Virus record (IMG/VR): IMGVR_UViG_3300040801_001819
Coordinates: 1 to 64,000 of that record
Strand: one strand, 5' to 3'
From: a virus
Length of the DNA stretch: 64,000 nucleotides
Shown here piece by piece: positions 10,701 through 19,035 of the stretch (position 1 is the stretch's first letter; each line of letters begins with the position of its first letter). The notes below the pieces were generated by a model, which searched no databases, had not been told where the DNA came from, and was given only the letters and a program-made list of their open reading frames with translations. Position numbers and translations under genes: made by a program.

Positions 10701-12412
10701 TAATTATTCTGGGCCATTTTAGCCGCAATATTACCTTCGTATTTATTAGAGAACTTCAAATAATCTAATCTCATCTCTTCAGACTTTTTGATTACTTCAG
10801 GAATACTCTTTTTAGCTAATTCTAGATTAAATTCACCACCACCTTGTTCTTGTAAAGCTTTAGCTTCTTCTTTAGTCATATTAGCAATACCTTGAAGAGC
10901 TTCAATATGCTGATCAAATTTACCACGATTCAATGCATCAGTAGTCATCATCAACATCATTTCATCTAATACCATCTCTCTGGCTTCAATGTTATCGTTG
11001 TTGTCAGCATCAGATAGCCTTTGTTGCATAGACATAAAGTTCTTAGCACGATCATTAAGTGTAGCTCTATAAGTCTCTTCGTAATTGCTTTCGAATTCTC
11101 TTCTTTTCTTTCCTTTTCCGAGCTCATTTAAGCCCTTACCTGCCATTTGAAATAAATTACCACCTAATCCACCAAAGAATGCAGATGTCATCATCTCGTC
11201 AGAGCCAATGGCGTCAGACATGATCTCATTATACTTATCTCTTGTGATTAATCCAGCATTTAGGTCAGCAAGTGCCTTACCTTGTTCAGCAATATAATAT
11301 TGATAAGATTCTTCAGCACCTTCAGATAAGAATGTACCAATTCCACCACCAACTTTTTGTTGCCATGGTTTTAATTTTAATTGTTTACCTTTTTGAGAAG
11401 CTTTAGATAAGGCATTCTCCATTCTTCCAGTATGAGGATTGAAGATTTTACCTAATGCTAAGTATTGTGGTATATCTTGAAGTAACATAGCCCAACCTTT
11501 ATTGTAGTTAGAAGCAGCGGCCTCAGAGGCTAACTTAGTTGCTTCTTCTTCAGTAAATGGTAAGCCTGTTTCTTTATTTGTTCTTTTTAAGTAATCAGCT
11601 TTTGCACTTTCGAATGTGCCACTAGCTTCCATAGAATTTTCTATATGTCTAGATACGATAGCTTGAGAAATACCTTCTGTCATCCATGTAGCTTGTTTAC
11701 CCATGTTTCCAGCAACATCAAGTATACGCGAAAACTTACCACCAAGCTTAGAAGCTCCTCTACCTAAGAAGCCTAATGCTTTAGTAGCAGCCATAGAAGG
11801 AATAAGCATGCTTAGTGTAGAAGCTACACTAACACCATTACTAAACCACCATCCTGGATCTCCCGGATCAAATTTACCAGGATTCTCAGTATAAATAGCC
11901 ATTTTATCTTGACTCCATGTTCTAAGACCTTTACCAGCTTCAGTCATGAAGTTACCCCAGTCTTTTTCGTCACCAGTCATATAATCCAGTGCACTACCAA
12001 GATCTAAGATATAACCTAAACCTTCAGTAGTACCAGCTACAATTTGACCAACAACAGCTTGACCAAGCATATTACCTGCTTGCTCCCAACCGGATTGATT
12101 CATAGCGCGTTGTTTATTTAAAGCGTCAACACCACCAGTAGGCATAAATATGCTAGATCCAAGATAGTCTGTATAATCTTCGATGTCTAATCCTTTATAC
12201 ATTTTATCTTGAACAACCTGTGGTCCTCCACCACCAAACTTAGCTTTACCTTTATTTGGATCTTCAGCAGGAACATCTTCATCACTACCACCAAACTTAG
12301 CCTTAGGTTTTGACTTTTCGTCAGTCTTAGGCTCAGTATTCATTAGTGTTTCATCTGTGGATGGATTCTCTACAATGCTTAAGTCTAAAGCTTCATTATT
12401 CTCCTGTACCAT
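7703..12412 (-). CDS. large virion ejection/cargo-like protein (1569 aa)
   Basis: Track ORF located between the tail genes and vRNAP. It has a duplicated KAKFGG motif at the N-terminus and a long charged coiled-coil-like centre. Function is inferred from size and position only. Confidence 0.5.
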   Translation of the reverse strand: MVQENNEALDLSIVENPSTDETLMNTEPKTDEKSKPKAKFGGSDEDVPAEDPNKGKAKFGGGGPQVVQDKMYKGLDIEDYTDYLGSSIFMPTGGVDALNKQRAMNQSGWEQAGNMLGQAVVGQIVAGTTEGLGYILDLGSALDYMTGDEKDWGNFMTEAGKGLRTWSQDKMAIYTENPGKFDPGDPGWWFSNGVSVASTLSMLIPSMAATKALGFLGRGASKLGGKFSRILDVAGNMGKQATWMTEGISQAIVSRHIENSMEASGTFESAKADYLKRTNKETGLPFTEEEATKLASEAAASNYNKGWAMLLQDIPQYLALGKIFNPHTGRMENALSKASQKGKQLKLKPWQQKVGGGIGTFLSEGAEESYQYYIAEQGKALADLNAGLITRDKYNEIMSDAIGSDEMMTSAFFGGLGGNLFQMAGKGLNELGKGKKRREFESNYEETYRATLNDRAKNFMSMQQRLSDADNNDNIEAREMVLDEMMLMMTTDALNRGKFDQHIEALQGIANMTKEEAKALQEQGGGEFNLELAKKSIPEVIKKSEEMRLDYLKFSNKYEGNIAAKMAQNNYRTKRFVENSKKMDEKIQSTTYSIPNINAMSTTQLNKVEGVIKLRALAEMNQAFKDQLKSGKVSELRKPHIEKIIKENEARISKLTKQYDAENKDDPRDADKKREDSRIAQGFTEDITNELVQANMVKERNNAEIMLNQLENDAIRSESYRNGLKKEALKEKINSKIENEEQGEAIKKEIENAPFLTKDEKAAELATVNENIEELANEAALAQEYKNDEAREAEKLAAVNEAKKDTKTITNANNAKVNDNVEDEFAEEQTTVSKITKSKEKSQDRAINTKAYKNIKVPMYANLNGPGWKDWVFNGKDKTGMKDGKPVLLDFVIGDPSGKYLQLAQQAINIYNRAKANPKNKLTSEEKDILFNHLPIKIQLTEEIWSYIPAFSPSNTFFKTNELPKREAIIRQMFKGNTKTQVTYQFGGNLHVEETEDNTVPENNIMDFPFIDGNMGKVDLMVTNENGTLVKASDKTDHPDFEGLQIDVLRTQDDKGNPVPYKGGVFLNVPKANGDPFPLKLNLRRPTTVEATFVADLLIAVITKKLGKEARLSEHPELFKRFKEDHPSEFAVLGKDAKTMDVAKLFVHMTAETAGKETHLHLTGEWIHYGTDVKAIVTPKNVGDNRDALIGFIQDFKRRQLNLKQWNDAVIGPKYREMMTNGVMSTDAVVGTEKPLFNENKTLGRDNGLPPFKFDIGFAVPEDTPEVTEVSPKEATKANKDIDSRQAASDNAGVVDEREKGFAGVFFDKNRKRIPVYGKNADMVRKLIKERYDAERLAQPAQKASTVIKEVPIQKTTIDPSSKSIDAQKADIERRRQKELQEFNRIEIHNKAEFKDKKYSPYNYTKGEIYNPKGLNLGEVDQFIKDKINAKYDAELAALGNITVEDSLNETISDGIWKKFVDKGDISKMQLNKIAKKIAENNLLSMRENAIFTDKTSEINEILVDLNDSEEVKARNKMAQRELKANKNVEVESSEEAKDAEKIDKKQKTKEIDPNVIKTEEQGDWDCII

Positions 12413-14660
12413 ATTTATCTATTTGTGACAATAATTCATTTGCAAGATATGAAGCCATATCTGATTCACCGTGTATTTCTCTTGATGTAAATCCACCAAC
12501 ATGTATTTTCCAAATTTCTTGATCACCTATTGTTTCTTTTTTCCAAACTATTGGAACTTCATTTCCATCTAAAACAACAGTGCTATTTTTTCCAGTAAAT
12601 TTACCTTCAGTAGCCCCTGTTCTTAAACCTCCATTTTGTTTAATCATTGGTAACATTTCATAATTGGCCAGCATTCTTTTACCTTTATCTTGTAAACCAG
12701 GATCAGTAGATTTCATTAATTCAATAGCAACTTCTCTTTGCTCTTTTCTACCAGCTTCACCTCTTGTAACACTTTTAACTTCCATTACAGATCCATTTTT
12801 ATCTTTAATAACTAAATGCTCAATTGGATAACCCATAGCATCTAGTCCATCTGTAACTCTTATTTCAAATTTATATTTTGCTTCAGGTGAACTAGGATCA
12901 GTTGGGTAGTTTTCCTGTATATATTGATTTATAGACATTCCTGTATAAGCTTCTGAATAACCAGCTCCTAAGAAGTTTTCTGAAAGGTTTTGATTAATAG
13001 CTCCAATTTTACTAGAATATTTACCAGAGTTTAATGCTCCAAATTCAGTATATGACTCAGAATAAGGATTCTGTTCAAGATATTTTTTAGATTTATCTTT
13101 AAGGGCTCTTGATCCATCTTTCATTTTATCTACTATATCATCATCGTAAGCTAAGTCTTCACTTCCTACCCAGTTAAATATACTTCTATTTGCTATAGAA
13201 TTTTTATTTACCTTCTCACCAGTCATTTCTAAGTACTTTGAAAGTAAGAAATTTTCCATTTCATCACTTCCTGTTCCAATCTCACTTAAAGTACCATTTT
13301 TTCCAACAACTTCAACTCCGCCAGGTAATTTTCTAATAGCTTCAGTTAAAGAAGTAATAGCTTCATCTTGATTTTTAGCTTGATCATATCCAGGAACACC
13401 TTTTCTAACCTTATCATATAGTTTTTTACCTTCTTGTTCTTGAGGAGTAAGTTCCTTGAATGTTTCTTTCTCAATAGAGTCAATTCTATTCTTAAGATTA
13501 AAGTATTTAACCTTAGAATCATTAAGACTCTTTTGAGCTAAAGCATACGCATCAGGATTAGCCTTTATTCTCTCTGGAGTCCAGTTAGCAGCTAAAGCAC
13601 CAGTTTGTCTATCAATTTCTTTTAAAGCTAAATCTTTATTTTCTCTAATCCGATCAATACTATCAGGAGTAATAGTCTTCCATACACCATCAGCAGCTCT
13701 AACTAATTCATTAGCTTCTTTTTCTTCAAGGCCAGCGTCAAATAAAGCTTTAGCAACAGTGTCAGTTTGATAATGATACTTATATGTTTGTTCTTTTGAT
13801 TGTCCACCTAATGCGGCACCATATAATTGTCTACCAAATTCATTACCAGGAGTAAATACGTCAACCTTTGAACCATCATCTCTATATTTAACAGACCATG
13901 TTCCTATATTTTTGGGATCACCTGCATTGGGGTCAAAAAATTGTTGTTGTTTTAAAGACGCTTGTAAATCTGGATCATTAGATGCCATAATGGTTAAGGA
14001 AGACATAATCTTATTGAAATCTTTTTCTGTAACCAAACCAGAAGAATATGCTTTATTGAATTGATCTAGATTGCCAGCATATTTCATCATTTCTTGATTA
14101 GTATCAGAAGCAATAAGTTTTAGATTTTTATTAATCCAATCATTAGTATCTACTTTTGAAGACATTCCTGAACCTTGAAACTGTTTAAAATTACCTAATT
14201 CATCAAATGAACTACCAAAGTTTTTTACCTGTGTTGTAGCCCATAATTTAGCTTGTTGTGGTGACCAACCTGCTTGTTGTTCTTTCTTAGTAGCAAGATC
14301 ATTAATATATGCTTGTGCAGCTTTATAATTAGCTTCAGCTTGACCAACAACTCCAGAAGCACCAAAGGATTTCTTTTGAGATGATCTTAATTGTCTAAGT
14401 TTATTAGATAAATTTCTATCTACACCTCTTTCCATTAAGTCTTTTGAAATCTGCTCTGATTCCTTTCTAATTCTTTCTAATTCTGCATCAACGACAGGAG
14501 CATCACTCTCAAGTCTTTTAGCTTCAAGCGCTTGTAGTTCATCAGTTGCAGCCAATGAAGCATCCTGACGAGTTTGTTTAGCTAATGGAATAGCCATTAT
14601 CTCATCTAAGGAAAGACCCTTAAATCCTGCTGTTGTAGTTTGTGAAAATCTATTTGCCAT
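12396..14660 (-). CDS. virion/ejection-block protein (754 aa), function unknown
   Basis: Track ORF; overlaps the downstream gene by 17 nt, suggesting translational coupling. No motif recognised. Confidence 0.5.
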   Translation of the reverse strand: MANRFSQTTTAGFKGLSLDEIMAIPLAKQTRQDASLAATDELQALEAKRLESDAPVVDAELERIRKESEQISKDLMERGVDRNLSNKLRQLRSSQKKSFGASGVVGQAEANYKAAQAYINDLATKKEQQAGWSPQQAKLWATTQVKNFGSSFDELGNFKQFQGSGMSSKVDTNDWINKNLKLIASDTNQEMMKYAGNLDQFNKAYSSGLVTEKDFNKIMSSLTIMASNDPDLQASLKQQQFFDPNAGDPKNIGTWSVKYRDDGSKVDVFTPGNEFGRQLYGAALGGQSKEQTYKYHYQTDTVAKALFDAGLEEKEANELVRAADGVWKTITPDSIDRIRENKDLALKEIDRQTGALAANWTPERIKANPDAYALAQKSLNDSKVKYFNLKNRIDSIEKETFKELTPQEQEGKKLYDKVRKGVPGYDQAKNQDEAITSLTEAIRKLPGGVEVVGKNGTLSEIGTGSDEMENFLLSKYLEMTGEKVNKNSIANRSIFNWVGSEDLAYDDDIVDKMKDGSRALKDKSKKYLEQNPYSESYTEFGALNSGKYSSKIGAINQNLSENFLGAGYSEAYTGMSINQYIQENYPTDPSSPEAKYKFEIRVTDGLDAMGYPIEHLVIKDKNGSVMEVKSVTRGEAGRKEQREVAIELMKSTDPGLQDKGKRMLANYEMLPMIKQNGGLRTGATEGKFTGKNSTVVLDGNEVPIVWKKETIGDQEIWKIHVGGFTSREIHGESDMASYLANELLSQIDKYGTGE

Positions 14661-14661
14661 A

Positions 14662-14853
14662 TTATTTGTCGTTAAGCTTTGCTAACAGCGCATCCTTATC
14701 ATTCATAAATATAGTGATAAAATCCTTAACATCCTCACGTTTAATGATAATTCTTTCATTATTGTAAGTAATTATGAATCTGTTTAACCTATGATCAATA
14801 TAAATATCATCATTGTCAACTACATTTAGTAATAATAAATACGCTCTAGTCAT
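14662..14853 (-). CDS. small hypothetical protein (63 aa)
   Basis: Track ORF that fills the gap between co-oriented neighbours with 1-4 nt junctions. Confidence 0.45.
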   Translation of the reverse strand: MTRAYLLLLNVVDNDDIYIDHRLNRFIITYNNERIIIKREDVKDFITIFMNDKDALLAKLNDK

Positions 14854-16352
14854 CTTGTTTTTTTCTTTTTTTTCTTGCCGTTAATATACTTGCCAGTAGC
14901 GTCAAAGTCCATTCCCATTAGCTCTGGGTATTTTTTGAATAACTGTTCTTTTCCTATTTCTCCAAGGTTGGATCCTAATTGAGAAATCAATTGACTCTTC
15001 TGAATATCATAAGCGCCTTGATTTTGTTCATTAGCTAACTTCTCTGCATTTGATTGTTGTAAATTAGTTTGATCAACACCTAAGTTAAACTGTTGTCCAG
15101 TTCTATTATCTTGTCTATTAGCCTCGCCAGCTGATTGCATAGCGCTAGATAAAGCTTTTGTTCCCTGAAGACTTAATCCCAATAAGTTAGCTCGAGCAGC
15201 TGCTCCAGAACCACCAGATGATCCTAATATAGCATCTCTATTACTACTGATTCCTTCTTGAACACCTTGAACCAAACTTCTTTCATCTACTTGTTGTGAT
15301 TGATACTTGTTCCCAAGTCTACCTCTTGATACTTCATCAGGCTTCTTAAGAGTAGCCAATTGATAAGCATCAGTAACAGCAGGCGCATATCTAAGTAATG
15401 TTGATGGATCATATTTAGATTGAAGATCTTCTCCTTCTCCTTCTCCTTCTTCGTCTTCTTCGTCTTCTTCTTCTTCTTCTTCTTCTTCTTGTTGTTGTTG
15501 TTGTTGTTGTTGTTGTTTTAACCAATCACCTATCTGATTGTTTTCTTGTATTTGTTCAATTATTGCTTGTTCATCTAAACTAGCATCATCAAGACCCATA
15601 GCCTTGAATTTAGCATCATTAGAATTAGCTTGCGCATTAACACCTGCGCTATATGGATTTACACCAGGAGTATGATAATCTGCGCTAGTTCCTGTCATTT
15701 GAGGAATTTGAAGAGTTTGTATCATTTTGATTAATTCATTAGGATCTATATTATTCATAAATCCTCCACCGAAATATTTATTATTATATTGTCTAGCTTG
15801 AGTAGCAGTATTATTTACCTCCATATCTAGTGCCTTTTTTTCAGCAGCACCATTCCCTATGAAACTTCCTGCTATATCAAGAATTGGAGAAGCTATTGCG
15901 CCTACACCAGGTATCATACTAGCAGCTCCACTCGCGGCACTCATAATTCCTTTAGCAGCATTACCTTCTTTAAAATGACTAATAGCTTCTGGAGCTTTAG
16001 CTAGAGCTCCTAGTCCAGGTATTGCAGACGATGCTGCTCCACCTAATAAACCTGCTGCTCCTCCTGCACCACCTAGAATACTCATTATTCCTCCTAAGAA
16101 GTGATCATTAGTAGGCCCCATTGCAGGACCTTGTGGTTGTGGTTGCTCAGTTGGCTGAGATTGCTTTTTAATGTACTCTTGTGCTTGCTGTAATCTTCCT
16201 TGCAAATCCTGAAGAGTATCAACAGATTCTTTATCTGTTCTGCCCTCAAATTTCTTAGCAATGAGTTTACTAGCTTCAGCAAAAGTTTTACCTTTTGTAT
16301 ACGAAGGTAAATTGAACATATCCATTATGCTATTGCTTTCTTTCTTTTTCAT
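14850..16352 (-). CDS. Gly/Ala-rich ejection-block protein with polyQ-polyE tract and C-terminal K6
   Basis: Track ORF. The N-terminal third is a hydrophobic G/A-rich segment (GGAGGAAGLLGGAASSAIPGLGAL...). It contains Q8 followed by an E/D run. Confidence 0.55.
   Translation of the reverse strand: MKKKESNSIMDMFNLPSYTKGKTFAEASKLIAKKFEGRTDKESVDTLQDLQGRLQQAQEYIKKQSQPTEQPQPQGPAMGPTNDHFLGGIMSILGGAGGAAGLLGGAASSAIPGLGALAKAPEAISHFKEGNAAKGIMSAASGAASMIPGVGAIASPILDIAGSFIGNGAAEKKALDMEVNNTATQARQYNNKYFGGGFMNNIDPNELIKMIQTLQIPQMTGTSADYHTPGVNPYSAGVNAQANSNDAKFKAMGLDDASLDEQAIIEQIQENNQIGDWLKQQQQQQQQQEEEEEEEEDEEDEEGEGEGEDLQSKYDPSTLLRYAPAVTDAYQLATLKKPDEVSRGRLGNKYQSQQVDERSLVQGVQEGISSNRDAILGSSGGSGAAARANLLGLSLQGTKALSSAMQSAGEANRQDNRTGQQFNLGVDQTNLQQSNAEKLANEQNQGAYDIQKSQLISQLGSNLGEIGKEQLFKKYPELMGMDFDATGKYINGKKKKKKTR
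15428..15517. repeat. in-frame trinucleotide microsatellite: CTT/CTC run followed by (GTT)9
   Basis: Read directly: cttcttcttcttcttcttcttctt then gtt x9. It encodes the polyE/polyQ tract of the 500-aa protein on the minus strand. Confidence 0.9.
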
Positions 16353-18262
16353 TATGCTATTCTATATTCGTCCATTGTAGGTTTTGTATCTACTTTGGCA
16401 ATTGTGTTTAATGCTTCTACTACTTTACTATCATCGAAAACTCTAATAAAGTTTTCATTTGTAAGACCTTTTGCTTTTATTCTTTTATTTAGTTCTTTTT
16501 CATCAATTTGCTCACCAGGTTTTAATCCTAGTTTTTCTCTGAATTCTACAAAGTTACCATATGCTTCATGTGGCTTCTTAAGGTAACGAACAGTTTCGGG
16601 AGAATGCTTTTTCATGAAGCTTCTAGTTTCCTGTTGGAAAGGATTACCTAATATCTTCATTAAGTTTTCTCCCTGAGCTGCATCAAATAAACTAGCATGA
16701 ACTCTTTCATGGGTCTCAACACCTGATGTACCATCAAATTCAGAACCAATATTAATTTTATTTTTTGATGCATCATAAGATGCTTTAGATCCAGGAACTT
16801 CTCCGCCAATTTCTTTCTTAACGTTAAGTCCTTTTAGTATCATGTTATCTATATCCTCAGGTTTTAATCCAGCTTGCTCAGCTAATTTTTGTCTTGACCA
16901 TGGATTGTTATATCTGTTTAGAAACTCTAGCGCATTCTTATCATTAATAGCTAAGTCAAAGTTAACCTTATCACTCTTCTGGGTAGTGACATAATTATCT
17001 ATCATATAGTCCTCTCTAACATCAGGAACTTTAAATGTCTCGTCAACTTTTACTAATCCTCCATATGGAGTTGTCTGATATTCACTCTTAGTGAACTCTA
17101 AATCTTTTTCAGCAGGAATAGGTCCAAATACCGGATCAATAACAGGATTAGCATTCTTCTTGGACTCCTTTTTCTTTGGATCTGTTAAGTCTCCTCCGTC
17201 AGCAAATGTATTTTCTTTTGTTCCTAATTGAGTAATTGGCCCACCAAGTGATAATCTATTTGAAAAAACGTAATCCCCAAATTTAACTTCACCTTCTTCA
17301 ACAGTGTTCATCTTGCCATTAGTGCCAATACCCATAGGTACGCCACCATAAGGATTCTCTTCATGTGTACCACCATTCTCAATAGGTATGATATCTTGAG
17401 CATCATGTTGATTTAAGAAACCTCCCATTGCAAGAGTGTTTAATAAACCTAAATGCTCATCCATTGGTTTGCCTGCAAGCTCACCTGATACATGTAATAT
17501 TTTTTTAGGATCCTCTGCTAATACAGTACCTTCACCTGGTTGTGAACCAGTTTGTGTCGGAGCTTCTGTCGGAGCTTCATCTGTATTTTCAACTGCTTCA
17601 ATAGTACCTTGAGCTTCAACAGGAGCTTTATCATATAACTCTCCGCTATTGAGATAGTCTATATACTCTCTTCCTGAGTTTTGAAAATCAAATTTCTGCT
17701 CTTTAATAACTTTAGGAGCAACAGCTGTCTTGTCTTGAACTTTTACATTTAATCCTGCTTCAGCAGGAGCATTTTTATATGTTTCTATACTTTTAACAGT
17801 TTCGTCTGGAACAAAAGCTTTTCTAAATTTGTTTATATATTGTAATACGCTTGCATTCTTACCTGGAACAACAAATCCATCAGGATTAGATAGGTACTTT
17901 CTAGCACCACCCTTACCTAAGAAATGTGTTAGTGCAGCAATATCATGTAATCCTAACTCTGTTTTGTACTTACTTTTTAGTTCTTTCGCGTATTCTTTAT
18001 ACGAAGGAAATCCAGGAAGAGTACCATCTATGGCCATATCCATTACTTGCTCTTGAAGCTCAGGCCTGTTAATAAACTCACGTTTAGTTACGCCGCGCAA
18101 TAAAGGAATGTCCTGAATATATCTATACAAGAAATGATACTTACCGGCGGCAGAACTAGTTGAATTTTCTAGAAACTTACCTCCACTAGATTCAACATGA
18201 GCAATAGCCTTCTTAAAGGCTTCTCTATCAAAATCTTTCTTTATATTCTTCTTATCCGACAT
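16352..18262 (-). CDS. virion-associated lytic transglycosylase (N-terminal) + zincin HExxH metallopeptidase-like (C-terminal) fusion protein
   Basis: The N-terminus reads AIAHVESSGG...SSAAGKYHFL, which is SLT-like (catalytic E-S, then an A-G-x-x motif). The C-terminus reads GVETHERVHAS, an HExxH motif at nt 16697-16711. Confidence 0.65.
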   Translation of the reverse strand: MSDKKNIKKDFDREAFKKAIAHVESSGGKFLENSTSSAAGKYHFLYRYIQDIPLLRGVTKREFINRPELQEQVMDMAIDGTLPGFPSYKEYAKELKSKYKTELGLHDIAALTHFLGKGGARKYLSNPDGFVVPGKNASVLQYINKFRKAFVPDETVKSIETYKNAPAEAGLNVKVQDKTAVAPKVIKEQKFDFQNSGREYIDYLNSGELYDKAPVEAQGTIEAVENTDEAPTEAPTQTGSQPGEGTVLAEDPKKILHVSGELAGKPMDEHLGLLNTLAMGGFLNQHDAQDIIPIENGGTHEENPYGGVPMGIGTNGKMNTVEEGEVKFGDYVFSNRLSLGGPITQLGTKENTFADGGDLTDPKKKESKKNANPVIDPVFGPIPAEKDLEFTKSEYQTTPYGGLVKVDETFKVPDVREDYMIDNYVTTQKSDKVNFDLAINDKNALEFLNRYNNPWSRQKLAEQAGLKPEDIDNMILKGLNVKKEIGGEVPGSKASYDASKNKINIGSEFDGTSGVETHERVHASLFDAAQGENLMKILGNPFQQETRSFMKKHSPETVRYLKKPHEAYGNFVEFREKLGLKPGEQIDEKELNKRIKAKGLTNENFIRVFDDSKVVEALNTIAKVDTKPTMDEYRIA

Positions 18263-18978
18263 TATTTCCAGGGTTTAATTTTCTGGTGTTTAAAGTTCAA
18301 ACCAATAGTTTTTCCTGTTGATTGAGCTATTGTTCTCCATCCTTTCCATATTGTAATGCCGAATATTTTGTATTCAACAATCTTACACTCAGAGTATCTG
18401 AAATACAACAAATCAGAACCATGTACCTTATACCATATTAATCCTTCTCCAATTATAGAAGTCTCTTTTGATATTTCGTCACCTTGCATTACTTGCCAGA
18501 TGTCTTCTGAAGGATCTTGAGGAATATACTTTAATCCAGCCTTTATTACCCAAGCTCCATTTTGTCTTAACTTTGTACCATCATACTTATGAAGGTTGTC
18601 TATTTCAATTTCTAATGGAATGATGTTATTATTTCCAACATGATTAGGAAAAGAAGTATCTAATCCTCCACCAAGTCTTTCTTTAAAATTCCAACAAGCA
18701 TTTCTTTTGTGCCATTTGTAAGCAACCCAGATATCTTCTTTAGTCTTCTTGTATCTCAATAAGAAAGAATAATAGTCCATTGAATATCCATGTGATGTAT
18801 TATCATCAAGTCTTGAATCATCCATCCATCCCCAGAACATACTCCTATCACCTCTTTTCCTGCTCCACCACGCTGGGAAGAACATAAACCAAGATGTTAA
18901 AAATCCTAATGCTCCTAGCCAAAAGAAACCTTTAAACCATCTCTTTTTTGCTTCCTTTTTTTCTTTATCTGTTACCAT
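18262..18978 (-). CDS. N-terminally membrane-anchored Trp-rich protein, unknown function
   Basis: Track ORF with a hydrophobic segment (FFWLGALGFLTSWFMFFPAWW) and its own promoter-like boxes upstream. Confidence 0.5.
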   Translation of the reverse strand: MVTDKEKKEAKKRWFKGFFWLGALGFLTSWFMFFPAWWSRKRGDRSMFWGWMDDSRLDDNTSHGYSMDYYSFLLRYKKTKEDIWVAYKWHKRNACWNFKERLGGGLDTSFPNHVGNNNIIPLEIEIDNLHKYDGTKLRQNGAWVIKAGLKYIPQDPSEDIWQVMQGDEISKETSIIGEGLIWYKVHGSDLLYFRYSECKIVEYKIFGITIWKGWRTIAQSTGKTIGLNFKHQKIKPWK

Positions 18979-18987
18979 TATACTGTA

Positions 18988-19016
18988 AATATATGAAATA
19001 AGACGTTAATTGTCAA
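18988..19016 (-). promoter_or_regulatory. TTGACA-N17-TATATT(TACA) promoter, nearly leaderless, overlapping the palindrome GTCAATATTGAC
   Basis: The minus strand reads TTGACA ATTAACGTCTTATTTCA TATATT TACAGTATA ATG. The same architecture recurs at 27079-27107 and 48388-48416. Confidence 0.55.
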
Positions 19017-19035
19017 TATTGACTATCATACAAAG

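Noticed and set aside
7863-11894. Plus-strand track ORFs inside the 1569-aa gene (7863..8150, 8380..8562, 8445..8816, 9759..10067, 11703..11894)
   Set aside because: They are antisense to a long, well-supported ORF, with implausible composition.
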